Shown here: positions 25,361 through 35,914 of the stretch, piece after piece | Numbering within the stretch: position 1 is the first letter of the stretch | Layout of the letters: each line of letters starts with the position of its first letter | Virus record (IMG/VR): IMGVR_UViG_3300017917_002938 | Coordinates: 64,001 to 128,000 of that record | DNA length: 64,000 nt | Direction: 5' to 3' (one strand) | Source of the DNA: a virus | Program-made: the position numbers and the translations under genes | The notes under the pieces: generated by a model | What the model saw: the letters and a program-made list of their open reading frames with translations, nothing else | Database searches by the model: none | What the model was told of the DNA's origin: nothing

Positions 25361-27492
25361 TACTTTCCCCCAGATACCATTTTATGCACTGCCATGAAAT
25401 TATCATGGGATTGTGCAATATGGTTATGAAGTTGGGATCTTGCTTCAGGCTTCACTTTCTGAAGTGCTGAAAGGACTGCGTGAGCATGCTCGGCCTTAAC
25501 AAAGTGAGTCTTACCATTATCAAACTTAACATCAGCTCCACCCTTGGTTTTAAATCCTTCTTTACCTTTTACTTCATGAGCTTTAGCATCAGCCGCTTTA
25601 CTCAGCTGAACATGTACATGCTGGTCTGGTTCTTTACCAGAATCCGAACCACCATAATCATGGTCCTCATCATCACCTGATTTAGTTTTACCTTTTGACC
25701 ATTTTGGGTCTGTAGGATTTTTACGAGGGCGGCCGCGGCCCTCGTCAATGTCTTGCATTAGTGTTTTAAATGTTTTCATATTACTCTCGTCAAAGTGTTT
25801 GTAGTCAACGGTAGTCTTGTCACTTGTAGCTCCATGAGATACTAAGTGAACTTTGTCACCTTCTCTAGTAGCATGAACTCTTCTACCGGTTTCATCCTTG
25901 AATGATGTTTTTGAATTTACGCCAGATGGACGTAAATCTCTAATAGCTTTTTGATGTTCAGGATGTAAAGGATAGGAAGTATCAGCACCTTTATGCACAG
26001 TAATCATCTTACCCCAAGAATAGTTTTGTTTTTTAACAGTAACTGCTTCTTGAATATTATCACATACGCATGGCTCTTCCATACATTCTGGGCACAGATC
26101 AGACTCATTCATTTTAAGAATAGACTGTTCTCTTCCTTTTACTGATGCAGAATCGCTGCTTGCTTTTTTACGAGCTATCATTTGAATATTACTACGATCT
26201 GCTTCTGCTTTATCTTTTTTTGCTTTGAAATCATTTACTTGCTTTTCTGATTTTAATCTTTGCAATCTCGCTTTATTAAGATCATCCATTTCTTTTTCAA
26301 ATTCTGCACTTGACTCATTCATGCCTTTTTTAGCCTGTAAGTAAGCAGCAATTCCCATTATACGGCGCTTTTCTTTTGACTTACCTTTAAACTGAGGTGC
26401 ATTAGACTTTTTAAAGTCCCTTATGTAATCACCAGCAGTAGCAGAAGCTGGTAATTTTTCATCAAGCTGCTCTACATCCTCTTTCATTTGTTTACGTAAA
26501 GACATTTTAGCAGTATTCTCGGCATCTTCTTTATCGCTGTGATAAGATACTGGGCCTTCACCCATGTGCTTACCATCTTTATAATGATGAACCTGATACT
26601 CATTATACTCAGTATCTTTGTATACTCTTGCTGTATGAGATCCTTCTCCATGTTTGGAAATCAAACGCTTTCCAGTAGTCAAACTTGCTTCGTCAACATG
26701 TTCGAGTTCTTCCGGTAATTTACCTTTAGGCCCTGTTCGTTTGATATCATAAGCATGAGATTTAGTCATACCTATTTTGTCTCCCGGATATGTTTTTTTA
26801 TAAACTTGACCAGTACCATGTTGTTTAGCATAAGATGCTCTATTGGCCAAAGGATCAGAGTTATTATTACCTTCCTTTACATTCATTTGTTCTTCCTTGT
26901 ACGATTCTTTCTGCAGGTTTTTTCTAGTAGTCAACTTAACAGATAATGCAATACCCTTTGCACGCTTATCTTGTCGGGCTGCTGCAGCTTTTTGCGTATC
27001 ACCTTGTGCTACTCTTTTCATAAAGTTTTGATGACCATAATCACTAACCGCACTAGACATGTACTTGTCATGTGCTTGTTGGCTTATTTCATTAACTGTA
27101 CCAATGTAGTGATGATCATGCACCTTATAACCTTTGCGGCGATAATGCATGATAGCGGACGTGATAGCTTTTTCTTTATCTGGTCCTTTTACACGAACGG
27201 TCTTCTGAATAGTTTCTTTACGTTTAGAAACCATTGGGTGTTTAGGATCAGTTACTGTCAAGCCAATACGGTGTACATTTTCTTCTAACTCAACTTCTTC
27301 TTTATTTAAAGCTTTTCTGATACTAGCAGTAGTTTTTTCTATCTGTTTACCAGTTGCTTTCATAACATTACCTAGCCTATCAGTAGACTTTCTGAACTGA
27401 CCTTTAGCAGCCAATTCATCAGCCGACTTCTTTGCTTTTTCTTTATATCGGTCAAGCAGCTCTGAGCTAACCTCTTGAATTGACTTAGCCAT
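25360..27492 (-). CDS. large Lys/His-rich modular protein, probable head-internal
   Basis: Recurrent L/I/V-x-E linkers (EEVELEE, LEHVDE, VEQLDE). Confidence 0.7.
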   Translation of the reverse strand: MAKSIQEVSSELLDRYKEKAKKSADELAAKGQFRKSTDRLGNVMKATGKQIEKTTASIRKALNKEEVELEENVHRIGLTVTDPKHPMVSKRKETIQKTVRVKGPDKEKAITSAIMHYRRKGYKVHDHHYIGTVNEISQQAHDKYMSSAVSDYGHQNFMKRVAQGDTQKAAAARQDKRAKGIALSVKLTTRKNLQKESYKEEQMNVKEGNNNSDPLANRASYAKQHGTGQVYKKTYPGDKIGMTKSHAYDIKRTGPKGKLPEELEHVDEASLTTGKRLISKHGEGSHTARVYKDTEYNEYQVHHYKDGKHMGEGPVSYHSDKEDAENTAKMSLRKQMKEDVEQLDEKLPASATAGDYIRDFKKSNAPQFKGKSKEKRRIMGIAAYLQAKKGMNESSAEFEKEMDDLNKARLQRLKSEKQVNDFKAKKDKAEADRSNIQMIARKKASSDSASVKGREQSILKMNESDLCPECMEEPCVCDNIQEAVTVKKQNYSWGKMITVHKGADTSYPLHPEHQKAIRDLRPSGVNSKTSFKDETGRRVHATREGDKVHLVSHGATSDKTTVDYKHFDESNMKTFKTLMQDIDEGRGRPRKNPTDPKWSKGKTKSGDDEDHDYGGSDSGKEPDQHVHVQLSKAADAKAHEVKGKEGFKTKGGADVKFDNGKTHFVKAEHAHAVLSALQKVKPEARSQLHNHIAQSHDNFMAVHKMVSGGK

Positions 27493-27493
27493 G

Positions 27494-27895
27494 TTACTTC
27501 TTCTTATGGTTGCCGTGGGCTTCAGAAACAACGATCTCTAAATTCTCTACAGGTACTTTTTTTTCAATGCCATGCTCAAACATAACATCATACCATGCAA
27601 TAGATCCATCTTCAGTAGGTTCAGCATGCTGGGAGAAAAGAGTTCTACCCTCACCCATTGTCTTATGTTTTACATGAACAGCACATTGGTGTTGTCCTGG
27701 AGTATCTCTTTGGGCAGCTTCTTCCATTTTTTCATGAGCGGCCGATTCACCCTTTTTATCTTTCTTTAAGAGTTTAAAATCGTGCGCGTCAATCTTACCA
27801 TTTTTATTTTTATCAATTTTGTGTTGATTGCCTTTTAATACTTCTTGAATAGAAGCAAGCACTTCTGGTTTGTCATACTGTTTTCTTAAGTCCAT
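27494..27895 (-). CDS. hypothetical protein with EF-hand-like motif
   Basis: DKNKNGKIDAHD. Confidence 0.65.
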   Translation of the reverse strand: MDLRKQYDKPEVLASIQEVLKGNQHKIDKNKNGKIDAHDFKLLKKDKKGESAAHEKMEEAAQRDTPGQHQCAVHVKHKTMGEGRTLFSQHAEPTEDGSIAWYDVMFEHGIEKKVPVENLEIVVSEAHGNHKKK

Positions 27896-27909
27896 TTTTT
27901 TCTCCTGGG

Positions 27910-28548
27910 TTAGTCTTCATCAATAATTTTAATCTTACGTTGCATTAGCAACCCTCTTGACACTTTCATTGAATCATTATCGATATCTCTGTCAGGAGGC
28001 TCGGCTGTTGGTTCGTATGGTTTACTAGCAAATCGTTTGGTTTTCTCAATATCAAATCTAGTCATATCAGGTAAAACGTTTGAACCTTCGTCAACCAGAC
28101 TTTTGATTTTGTTTAGAATATCGTCAATATAGTCATGCTCTTTTTCTAATTTCATATCTTTAGCATAACCTTTGATATTCTGTACTAACTTTTCTGCTTC
28201 CTTTACGTCCTGTTCTGCAGCTCTTTGTTTTACTTTAGCTGTTTTGTAGATACCAAACAATTTGTCATGGTCTATTAAAGATTTTTCTGCTAGACTTGGA
28301 CTAACATCTTTAGGTAGTTTTTGAGCATACAAAATTTGAGCTTTTGGTTCCATTTCAAAATGTTTAGTTTTGTATGTACCTGCAGCTATTTGATCTCTAC
28401 CATCTTTTTCAACATACGTTTTATCTCCCACATCGGGGAATTTAGTTTTAAGAACACCCATAACGGCTTCTTCCACTGAACGGAAGTTACCTTCTCCGCG
28501 CTTACCCTTAAGCACGTCCATAATTGTGTTCTCTACAGTTCTATACAT
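27910..28548 (-). CDS. hypothetical protein
   Basis: ORF. Confidence 0.7.
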   Translation of the reverse strand: MYRTVENTIMDVLKGKRGEGNFRSVEEAVMGVLKTKFPDVGDKTYVEKDGRDQIAAGTYKTKHFEMEPKAQILYAQKLPKDVSPSLAEKSLIDHDKLFGIYKTAKVKQRAAEQDVKEAEKLVQNIKGYAKDMKLEKEHDYIDDILNKIKSLVDEGSNVLPDMTRFDIEKTKRFASKPYEPTAEPPDRDIDNDSMKVSRGLLMQRKIKIIDED

Positions 28549-28982
28549 TATCCACCTGTGGCTTTTAACATCCAAGCGTGTTTGGAGTGGGCATCTAATC
28601 TTCCTGCAATAAAATCAGCAAGACCTTGTTTGTTTAGATCATTTGCAAGTGCAAACGTCTTGTTCAATTCTGTTATTACAATGTAATTATCGCGTGATAG
28701 TTCATCTATCATATCTTTAGCAGATAATATTTTATCTTGATCTCTTATTTTAGATAGTTCCAACATTCGGTATAAGCTCCCAGGAGCAAAACTATCTAAT
28801 GCTCTTACTTCTTCAGCCATAGGATCTATTGAACCGTAAACCTCTTCATACAGATTACCAAAGAAGGTATGATACTGAGGGAAGTTAGGACCTTCAACAT
28901 TCCAGTGAAACCCCTGAGCCTTTAAGTAAAAAGAAAAGGTGGTTCCTAGGGCAATTTTCAGTTGATTGATTAACTCATCCAT
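28548..28982 (-). CDS. dps: Dps / ferritin-like DNA protection protein
   Basis: FHWNVEGPNF..H, D..AE, KHAWML. Confidence 0.9.
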   Translation of the reverse strand: MDELINQLKIALGTTFSFYLKAQGFHWNVEGPNFPQYHTFFGNLYEEVYGSIDPMAEEVRALDSFAPGSLYRMLELSKIRDQDKILSAKDMIDELSRDNYIVITELNKTFALANDLNKQGLADFIAGRLDAHSKHAWMLKATGG

Positions 28983-28983
28983 A

Positions 28984-31209
28984 TTATTTTTTCTTCGCTA
29001 GTTTTTTCTGCACTTGGGTTAATAATGTAGGGTCAGAAGAAAGTATGTCGGCTAACCTATCATACATCTTTGCCATTAAGTCCCTATCCTTTTGATTCAA
29101 TTTTTCTATATCGTCTAGATTACTTAAACGAGAAAGTATTTGAGAGAATTTAGTTTTATCTCCCGATACTTTTGTTCCTAGGTCACGCTCTCTTGCATAG
29201 CGTGTAGGATCTCTTTCTCTCATCTGCTCGAGCACGGTAGGGTGGTGAGCAAACCCACCTTGTATTTTCATACCTAGATCGGCTGCTGTCATTACAGTAC
29301 CTAAGCCTGTTGGTTTAGCAATTTCAAAAACTTCGGTTATGGTTTTTTTTTGTTGTATGTCACGAGTAATAGCTTGTGCGGAAGTTTTATCTCCTCTTTT
29401 GATAGCAGCTGCAGCCTTCATGTGTAGATTAGCTAGCATATGCTTGCCTTTTTGTCTTAACTTCGCTGCTTGCTGTTCATGAGAAGAGGCATTCTCATCA
29501 ATAGTAGTCAGAGCATCAAAAAACTCTTTTACATTAACCTTCTGTTTTTTCTGCTTAATAGGCTTTATTCCTTGCACAGTCATTTTTTTAAAGCCTTTTG
29601 ACTCATAATATTGTCTTGCTCTCTCACTAGCACTTTCATCCGACTCTGCTTGTACTTTTAGCTCTTTGACAATACGAGCTTGAACTCCGGGGTTTAGTGG
29701 ATCATGCATGTGAAGAGTTACAAGGTGGGTATGCTGCGGATCTTGAGTAGGCATGTCACTTATTCTTTTAGCAGTTTTACTAACTTGTTCTGCTAAATCA
29801 CTATCTAACCTTACAAAAGAATCACCGCCGCTAACAAATGAGTTTACTCTATTGAATGCTGCCTGTTGTGGAGTATAGTTTATATCTGCTGTTTTTTTCC
29901 ATTCGTTTATACCTCTAGTATAAACCTCGGCTACTATATTAAAAGGAATGTTGTATTGATCGGCTTTTTTCTGAAGAGAATTAATTTCTTGTTCACTTAA
30001 GTTGCTGATAAGAGCATTATATACCTTTTCAACATACCCTACCAAACGAGACATTTCTTTAAGTGTCTCACCGTGCATAGGTTCGTGAGAGAAAGCCATG
30101 AAGCTTTTCATACCAGGAGGCTTTCCATGATGTGTTCTTACACGCACAAGCCTTTGTTGTTCGGCTTGTTTTACTTTGGGCATTAAACGTAAAGCCATAC
30201 GTTTAATAAATTTAGTTTTTGAATCAATCATCTTATCTACACCAATTTTATCGGATGTCGACATATGTTGATAGCTTGCCCCTCTTTTACCGGCAAATCT
30301 TATACGAAGAACGTTCTTTGCTCTCTTCTCAGCTCTTCTTTTTAATGTAGTATCGGTAGCTAGTTTTTGTTTTGCAATGTTACGAGCACGTGTAAGTCTT
30401 GGGTTAATTCGTTTCATTAGCAGAGCGCGTTGACGTCTTTGCATCAGATTAACCACGCGTTCAAAAATATCTTCTGTAGTTTCTTTAACAGATTGAATGT
30501 GCTTTACTATCTCATCAGCGTGTGGATGTAATGCTTTAGGAAGACCGGATTTAAATTTTGATTTGTTGCCCGCTCTAGCATGCTCGCGCATTTTAGTGCC
30601 TGACATACCCTCAGCACCTTCGGCATCTGGATCACGGTGACCAGCTGAAACAACTTTAATGGATTTGAAATTATAGTGTCCGTGCTTACCTTCTACATTG
30701 TTGTAAGCTTTTAACTTCTTTTCATACTCATCTACACGATCAGACCCAGCAACTACCACTAGATGTTTGTGGCCAGCAGCATGTAGCTTAGATGCTGCGT
30801 GAAATATGGATGGATGTTCTTTAGAGGAACCAGTAACGTGAACGCTCTCACCCGCTACCTTTTTAAGGTAACCTAATTTTTTGTGTTGTGGGAGAGGATC
30901 TTTAGAAGTGCCTTCGGAATGGCTAGCTACAATATGAGCCTGGCCTCCGTGTTCATCTGCTACTTCTTTTACTTTATTGATAAGTTTTTCATGTCCGATG
31001 GTAGGAGGATTATAGCGTCCAAAAGCCATAACAGCAGTAGAATCCTTAGCTTCCGCAACTGGTCGCTTACCTAGTCCATCATCTATAAATGGATTAATGT
31101 CAATTTTATCAGGTGTTTCACCTGTAACAGTCTTACCCTTCTGAAGTTTTGCATCAGAAGCAGTTTCTTTAGCTGGTTTCTTACCAGCTGGTATATCTTT
31201 ATCTTTCAT
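28984..31209 (-). CDS. T4-like cytidyltransferase-domain protein with long C-terminal modules
   Basis: FGRYNPPTIGH, AGSDR, SAGHRDPD, MSGTKMR; TATAAATA late promoter at ~31251. Confidence 0.8.
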   Translation of the reverse strand: MKDKDIPAGKKPAKETASDAKLQKGKTVTGETPDKIDINPFIDDGLGKRPVAEAKDSTAVMAFGRYNPPTIGHEKLINKVKEVADEHGGQAHIVASHSEGTSKDPLPQHKKLGYLKKVAGESVHVTGSSKEHPSIFHAASKLHAAGHKHLVVVAGSDRVDEYEKKLKAYNNVEGKHGHYNFKSIKVVSAGHRDPDAEGAEGMSGTKMREHARAGNKSKFKSGLPKALHPHADEIVKHIQSVKETTEDIFERVVNLMQRRQRALLMKRINPRLTRARNIAKQKLATDTTLKRRAEKRAKNVLRIRFAGKRGASYQHMSTSDKIGVDKMIDSKTKFIKRMALRLMPKVKQAEQQRLVRVRTHHGKPPGMKSFMAFSHEPMHGETLKEMSRLVGYVEKVYNALISNLSEQEINSLQKKADQYNIPFNIVAEVYTRGINEWKKTADINYTPQQAAFNRVNSFVSGGDSFVRLDSDLAEQVSKTAKRISDMPTQDPQHTHLVTLHMHDPLNPGVQARIVKELKVQAESDESASERARQYYESKGFKKMTVQGIKPIKQKKQKVNVKEFFDALTTIDENASSHEQQAAKLRQKGKHMLANLHMKAAAAIKRGDKTSAQAITRDIQQKKTITEVFEIAKPTGLGTVMTAADLGMKIQGGFAHHPTVLEQMRERDPTRYARERDLGTKVSGDKTKFSQILSRLSNLDDIEKLNQKDRDLMAKMYDRLADILSSDPTLLTQVQKKLAKKK

Positions 31210-31276
31210 GTTTTCCTTTGATCAGGTTTACCTTAGCCTAACTGACCTTTTATTTATAATTTATTGATTTTATCTA

Positions 31277-32584
31277 TTATCTTGTTACTTCGTCCCAATC
31301 CATTGATGCATGAACAACCGTATTTAAGGTATCGCTAACAGCACATAGAGTCAATTCATACGGTGTGTTTGACAGTCCATCTCTTTCTAATTGAAATTTA
31401 AATAATGCTTCGCGTAAGATAGTAACAGGGACAGCAGATTGTGTTGTAGATGATGTAAACCCTGATGCAAGAATTCTTCCACCAGAAACAGTTGCTGAAT
31501 CTAATTTATACTCTATACTACTATTCGTTCCTGCACTGACCCAGGACCCCCCGCTTGTTGTTGCAGATGCTCTTACTTGCCAATTGACAACAGCGTTATT
31601 TGTTCCAGTAAGTAAGGATATTGCAGTTATAATTGCAATAGCGTCTAGATTAGAAGCTTTCAAACGAAGAGAGACTAAATTATAAAATGTTCCTGGCGTC
31701 GAAAGAGTTATAGGTGAAGTAACAGAACTTCCTACCGCTTGTTGTGTTCCACTTAACTCATACCCACCTTCTGATATTACAGTTGAACATATCTGTTTTA
31801 AAGTACTTGAGCTTGCTGTTGTTCCTGTATTCGTTATTTCATATCTCAAAGGAAGAGTAGCAGTTGTCATGTAAGGAACTGTATTACGGTTGTCGTTATG
31901 AAATACATGAGCGGTCTTCATTATTCCATCTACAACAAACCCACATCTGACATCACCAACACCTAGCCACTCGATATCAAACCATAGAATATTAGTTTTT
32001 GTAATGTCTAACCCTGTTGAGTGTTCGGGTGCAGATCCCTGTCCGGAATATCCAGTACCGTCAAACTTATCATGGTTCCAATTAGCTTGAGCTACCCTTG
32101 TTTCAACTACAGATCCACTTGTATATGATCTTATAACCAGGTAAGTTGTAGTACCGTCATTTTCTAAGAATACACCGTTTTGAGCACCAAAGTAACCAAT
32201 ACGCTGTCTAAGGTTAGCCTTTGGTGTGTTCATTGCAAATGTATTCATTATCAACAATGACTTACCGGGCTGGTAGGAGAATACTTTTGTTGTTTCTCTG
32301 ATAACTTCTGCACCTGATGCTGTGCTAACATTTAAATTAACAAGTGACTGATTAGAGGCAAATGCATAAGTTCCACCTGAGGTATTTGAAGTTGCCCAAA
32401 GCCCGTTATCACTATACCTATGAGAGCTATCAAATAATGTAAACGGCTGAGAGATTCTTAGTCGACCAAACGCATCTGTTAATGTTCCAGCCGGAGATAA
32501 TCTATCAGACATCATGAACACTTCATATCGTGTTCTGTTGTTTGTAAAATCTAGCTTATTTTGATCTGTTCTAAATTGAGCCAT
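31277..32584 (-). CDS. beta-rich virion structural protein
   Basis: DAFGRLRIS, YQPGKS, WLGVG; Ser/Thr-rich. Confidence 0.7.
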   Translation of the reverse strand: MAQFRTDQNKLDFTNNRTRYEVFMMSDRLSPAGTLTDAFGRLRISQPFTLFDSSHRYSDNGLWATSNTSGGTYAFASNQSLVNLNVSTASGAEVIRETTKVFSYQPGKSLLIMNTFAMNTPKANLRQRIGYFGAQNGVFLENDGTTTYLVIRSYTSGSVVETRVAQANWNHDKFDGTGYSGQGSAPEHSTGLDITKTNILWFDIEWLGVGDVRCGFVVDGIMKTAHVFHNDNRNTVPYMTTATLPLRYEITNTGTTASSSTLKQICSTVISEGGYELSGTQQAVGSSVTSPITLSTPGTFYNLVSLRLKASNLDAIAIITAISLLTGTNNAVVNWQVRASATTSGGSWVSAGTNSSIEYKLDSATVSGGRILASGFTSSTTQSAVPVTILREALFKFQLERDGLSNTPYELTLCAVSDTLNTVVHASMDWDEVTR

Positions 32585-32586
32585 TA

Positions 32587-33753
32587 TTATCTTTCCCTTG
32601 CTAAGAAGTTAGCTCTGCTAAACTCAGAACGATCTACAAACTTAGTAGGGCGATTACCACGTACGGCAACAAACCCTTCCGGTTTTGTTTTTTGACCGGC
32701 AATATGGTGCTCGTATGTTGAGTTTTGAGACATTGAATTAACCAAAACATTTTTAGCTTGCTGTAAATGATGATGCATTTGTAATAAGCTATTAAAATGC
32801 TTTTTATTTTGATCTACGTGCTTTAAATGTCCTTGAAGTTCATTGTTTCTTGCATCAATAGCTTTGGTTGTTTTTAATTTACCTATCTCTTTAGTCATTC
32901 TTTCTTTGATGTGATCTTTGAAACCTTCATGAGACGGTTTTGTCTGATCCCGTACAGTTTTATTAATGTATGTTTTTAAATGTTCAGTATATGGTTCTGT
33001 AGCCTTATGAAAGTCTTTATGTGCATCGTTGAAGGCCTTAGTCGCAGCTTCTAGATGGGTGTTAAATTTTTGTTGATCTTCTTTTGAATATTTGTTCTTT
33101 GAGAAATCATGATGGGCTGATATAAGATGAACGTCGGGATGGTCTTTAAACCCGTGTTCGTGAGTGTCTGCATTATATTGAGCTTTCATATCATCTAAAG
33201 TCTTACCTTTATATGCAGTATGAATAACTACGCCTAATTTTGCTTTTTCAATCTTCTTACCCTCGGGCGAATCTTTTTTCGTAGAGTAAGTAATAGTGTT
33301 TGGTTTAAAATGATACTTGTTACCCTTATCCTCTACCTCATGTTTAGAGTACATAAAGTCACCTTGAAACACTCCTTGTTTAGGAGAAACCTTTTTCAAG
33401 TGTTTTAAACCTTCTTTTAACTTAGCCACTAACCCAGGAGCATGTCCGTGGTTTTTCTCGATATCTTCATCTGAATAGTTAAGCTTAGGATTCTTATTGA
33501 AGGCAGATTTAGATGCAATGAAGAATTTACCATTCTCCGGATGATGTCCAAATACGATTGCAGGAGAACCGTCATACTTCACAGACACGGATGTCTTATT
33601 ATGTTTGCCCATCAGCTTGTCGTGCACGTCTTTTAAATTGTGGAATGCATGAGCATACCCTTTATCACCTGCATTGATAGGATGATCTTCTAAATGCTCC
33701 AGGTGAGTAAGTTTGTTCTCATCTGAAACCGCTTCTACTAATAAACTCATCAT
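32587..33753 (-). CDS. conserved T4-like protein with ligase-type KxDG motif
   Basis: THLEH.ED, KYDGSPA, QGD, EGFV, TKFV. Confidence 0.7.
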   Translation of the reverse strand: MMSLLVEAVSDENKLTHLEHLEDHPINAGDKGYAHAFHNLKDVHDKLMGKHNKTSVSVKYDGSPAIVFGHHPENGKFFIASKSAFNKNPKLNYSDEDIEKNHGHAPGLVAKLKEGLKHLKKVSPKQGVFQGDFMYSKHEVEDKGNKYHFKPNTITYSTKKDSPEGKKIEKAKLGVVIHTAYKGKTLDDMKAQYNADTHEHGFKDHPDVHLISAHHDFSKNKYSKEDQQKFNTHLEAATKAFNDAHKDFHKATEPYTEHLKTYINKTVRDQTKPSHEGFKDHIKERMTKEIGKLKTTKAIDARNNELQGHLKHVDQNKKHFNSLLQMHHHLQQAKNVLVNSMSQNSTYEHHIAGQKTKPEGFVAVRGNRPTKFVDRSEFSRANFLARER

Positions 33754-33754
33754 T

Positions 33755-34810
33755 TTATTTTACTCTAAATTTAGTATCGTTAGGATATTCTCCACCTTTA
33801 GAGTTTCTTATCTCTACTAGATAATCGTACTCCGGGCTACTACAAAGGATAGAGATTTGTTTGCTAGCTTTTGTAGGATATTTAATTTCCTTAACAGTTA
33901 CATTTGTTAATTTATCTAATTTTTTTCTATCAATCCAAAAGACCTTCCAACCAAAGGATTCTTTCTTTACATAGAAATAATTCATTCCCCAAGCTCTTTC
34001 AAATATTTTTTTGAGCTCAGCTGCATTAGGTCTCTTTACTGGTTGTTTAGCTCTGATAGCTTTAATGCCATTTCTTTCATCAAACCCAGCTTGTACTTTG
34101 TTTAGATCTACACCAAAGGAATTAAGAAAATCTGCCCCGGGTGATTTTGGTTGAAGTTCTCCAGAAGCATTAAAAAGAGACGCAGCTCCAGAATATGAAC
34201 TGAAAGTGTATCCGTTTATATCCTTCAAACTAATATACCATTTTTTATTAGTAGTATCGGTAAGAACGATATCACCAATAATGGCTCCTAGATCCTCAAT
34301 TCTGACATTTTCTTTCTTTGTAGATCCTGTTCTTTGGATAGCACTAGTAATCTCTACTTTTGCAAAATCAGAATTAGCCTTATTAAGCTGCTCTATGAGA
34401 TCAGCCATTTTTTCTTCTTTGATCCCACTACCAAAATAACTAGCAAGATTACTTACAATTGTTTTTTCAAAATTTTCACCTTTATTAGCACCCCTTGCAA
34501 TTACTAAGTCTATCTTATCGTCCCCCCACACAAATTCTATGCTAGGAAATTTACTACTGTTTGGAGAAAGGGGGTTAGTTTTTATTTTTGAAAGTGCTGT
34601 TATCTTTTTTAAATCGTTAGGCAGCTTTCCTAAGACTAATTCAGAGGTATCATTTTGAGTATTGATAAGCTGCAATCTATATTCACGGGAAAAAGATTTA
34701 TCCGTAGGAGTTCCACCATTTGGTTGCTTGGGTGCTATTTGATAATTATATTGTTTTGTTATAGCAGAAAGAGCTTCTGCTATTTGCTTGTATTCCGCCA
34801 TGGTACCCAT
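33755..34810 (-). CDS. hypothetical protein, possible PD-(D/E)xK nuclease
   Basis: GENFE ... GDIVL ... ISLK. Confidence 0.6.
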   Translation of the reverse strand: MGTMAEYKQIAEALSAITKQYNYQIAPKQPNGGTPTDKSFSREYRLQLINTQNDTSELVLGKLPNDLKKITALSKIKTNPLSPNSSKFPSIEFVWGDDKIDLVIARGANKGENFEKTIVSNLASYFGSGIKEEKMADLIEQLNKANSDFAKVEITSAIQRTGSTKKENVRIEDLGAIIGDIVLTDTTNKKWYISLKDINGYTFSSYSGAASLFNASGELQPKSPGADFLNSFGVDLNKVQAGFDERNGIKAIRAKQPVKRPNAAELKKIFERAWGMNYFYVKKESFGWKVFWIDRKKLDKLTNVTVKEIKYPTKASKQISILCSSPEYDYLVEIRNSKGGEYPNDTKFRVK

Positions 34811-34840
34811 TTTTTTCTCCTTTTATGGGGTATTTAGGAG

Positions 34841-34866
34841 AAAAAAAATCCCGCCTAAGCGGGATT
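34841..34866 (-). terminator. intrinsic terminator
   Basis: AATCCCGC-TTAG-GCGGGATT then T-run. Confidence 0.8.
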
Positions 34867-34868
34867 AA

Positions 34869-35735
34869 TTAGACTTCAAAGACTTTGGCGTAATACGGCT
34901 CTTCTTTTTGTGAATGTCTCTCGTAGTTTACATAGCCTCGAGGGTTACAGATAATACGAGTAGATCCAATCATGTAGTCAAATTCATCGTGTGTATGACC
35001 ATGAGTCCACACTTTGATCTGAGGATGATCCAGAATAAAGGCAGTTAAATCAGATGAGTAACCGCCGTTCATAATAGTATCATTTTGATATCTAGGTTTA
35101 GTAGATTGTTTGCAGGGAGCATGATGTCCTACCACTACAAACTTTTCATCAAATTTACCTTCCGTCATCAAACTAATGTATTTGACCATATTCTTGTGCT
35201 CTTCTACTGCATCCTCGGGAGTAAACCTGGCTGGTCGGTACGCAGTGTAGGTAGCATCAGGTTTGTCACTCATTACATCCATTGCGTTGTATCCAACCAT
35301 CCGAGCACTATTCTTTACTTGAATAAAGTCGTTCATCATACCCTTCATGTGCATGAGAGTAATAGGGTCTTCTTTATTCATATCAGTCCATAGAGTACCT
35401 CCGATGAACGTAACATCATCAATCTTCTTAACACCTCTATCCAGCAGGTGAAGGTTAGGAAACTCTTCGAAAGCTTTATAAAGGTAATCAGCCGAGTATT
35501 TAAAATCACCATGATAGTGTTCATGGTTACCCATTACATAGATAACATTCTTATATTTGTCTGAGGCTTGTTTGAAAAAATTCATGTATTCCTGACCTCT
35601 TTTACTCTCAGGAAAATCCATATCCTTAGCAACGCAAATATCCCCGGAAAGGATCAATACGTCAGCTTCGGGCTGATCATCAAAACCTAGAGGACCAAAC
35701 TCTAGATGCACATCAGACATTAATGCTAATTTCAT
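34869..35735 (-). CDS. metallophosphoesterase
   Basis: SDVHLE, SGD, GNHE, HHAP, HGHTH, NPRGY. Confidence 0.9.
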   Translation of the reverse strand: MKLALMSDVHLEFGPLGFDDQPEADVLILSGDICVAKDMDFPESKRGQEYMNFFKQASDKYKNVIYVMGNHEHYHGDFKYSADYLYKAFEEFPNLHLLDRGVKKIDDVTFIGGTLWTDMNKEDPITLMHMKGMMNDFIQVKNSARMVGYNAMDVMSDKPDATYTAYRPARFTPEDAVEEHKNMVKYISLMTEGKFDEKFVVVGHHAPCKQSTKPRYQNDTIMNGGYSSDLTAFILDHPQIKVWTHGHTHDEFDYMIGSTRIICNPRGYVNYERHSQKEEPYYAKVFEV

Positions 35736-35914
35736 TTTATTTCTTTCTTACGTCGTCTGTATTCGGCTCTAAGCCACCATTTATATTTTTTAAAATACTC
35801 CGCGGAGAGGTACTTAGGGTTTTCTCCCGTGATAGAGTAAATCTCATCGCAATGCTCGTACCATATATTTCTTACCCAGTTGCGAAACAATTCATGTTTA
35901 GGTCCAGAGTGCAT
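35732..35914 (-). CDS. hypothetical protein
   Basis: ORF coupled to neighbours. Confidence 0.6.
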   Translation of the reverse strand: MHSGPKHELFRNWVRNIWYEHCDEIYSITGENPKYLSAEYFKKYKWWLRAEYRRRKKEIK

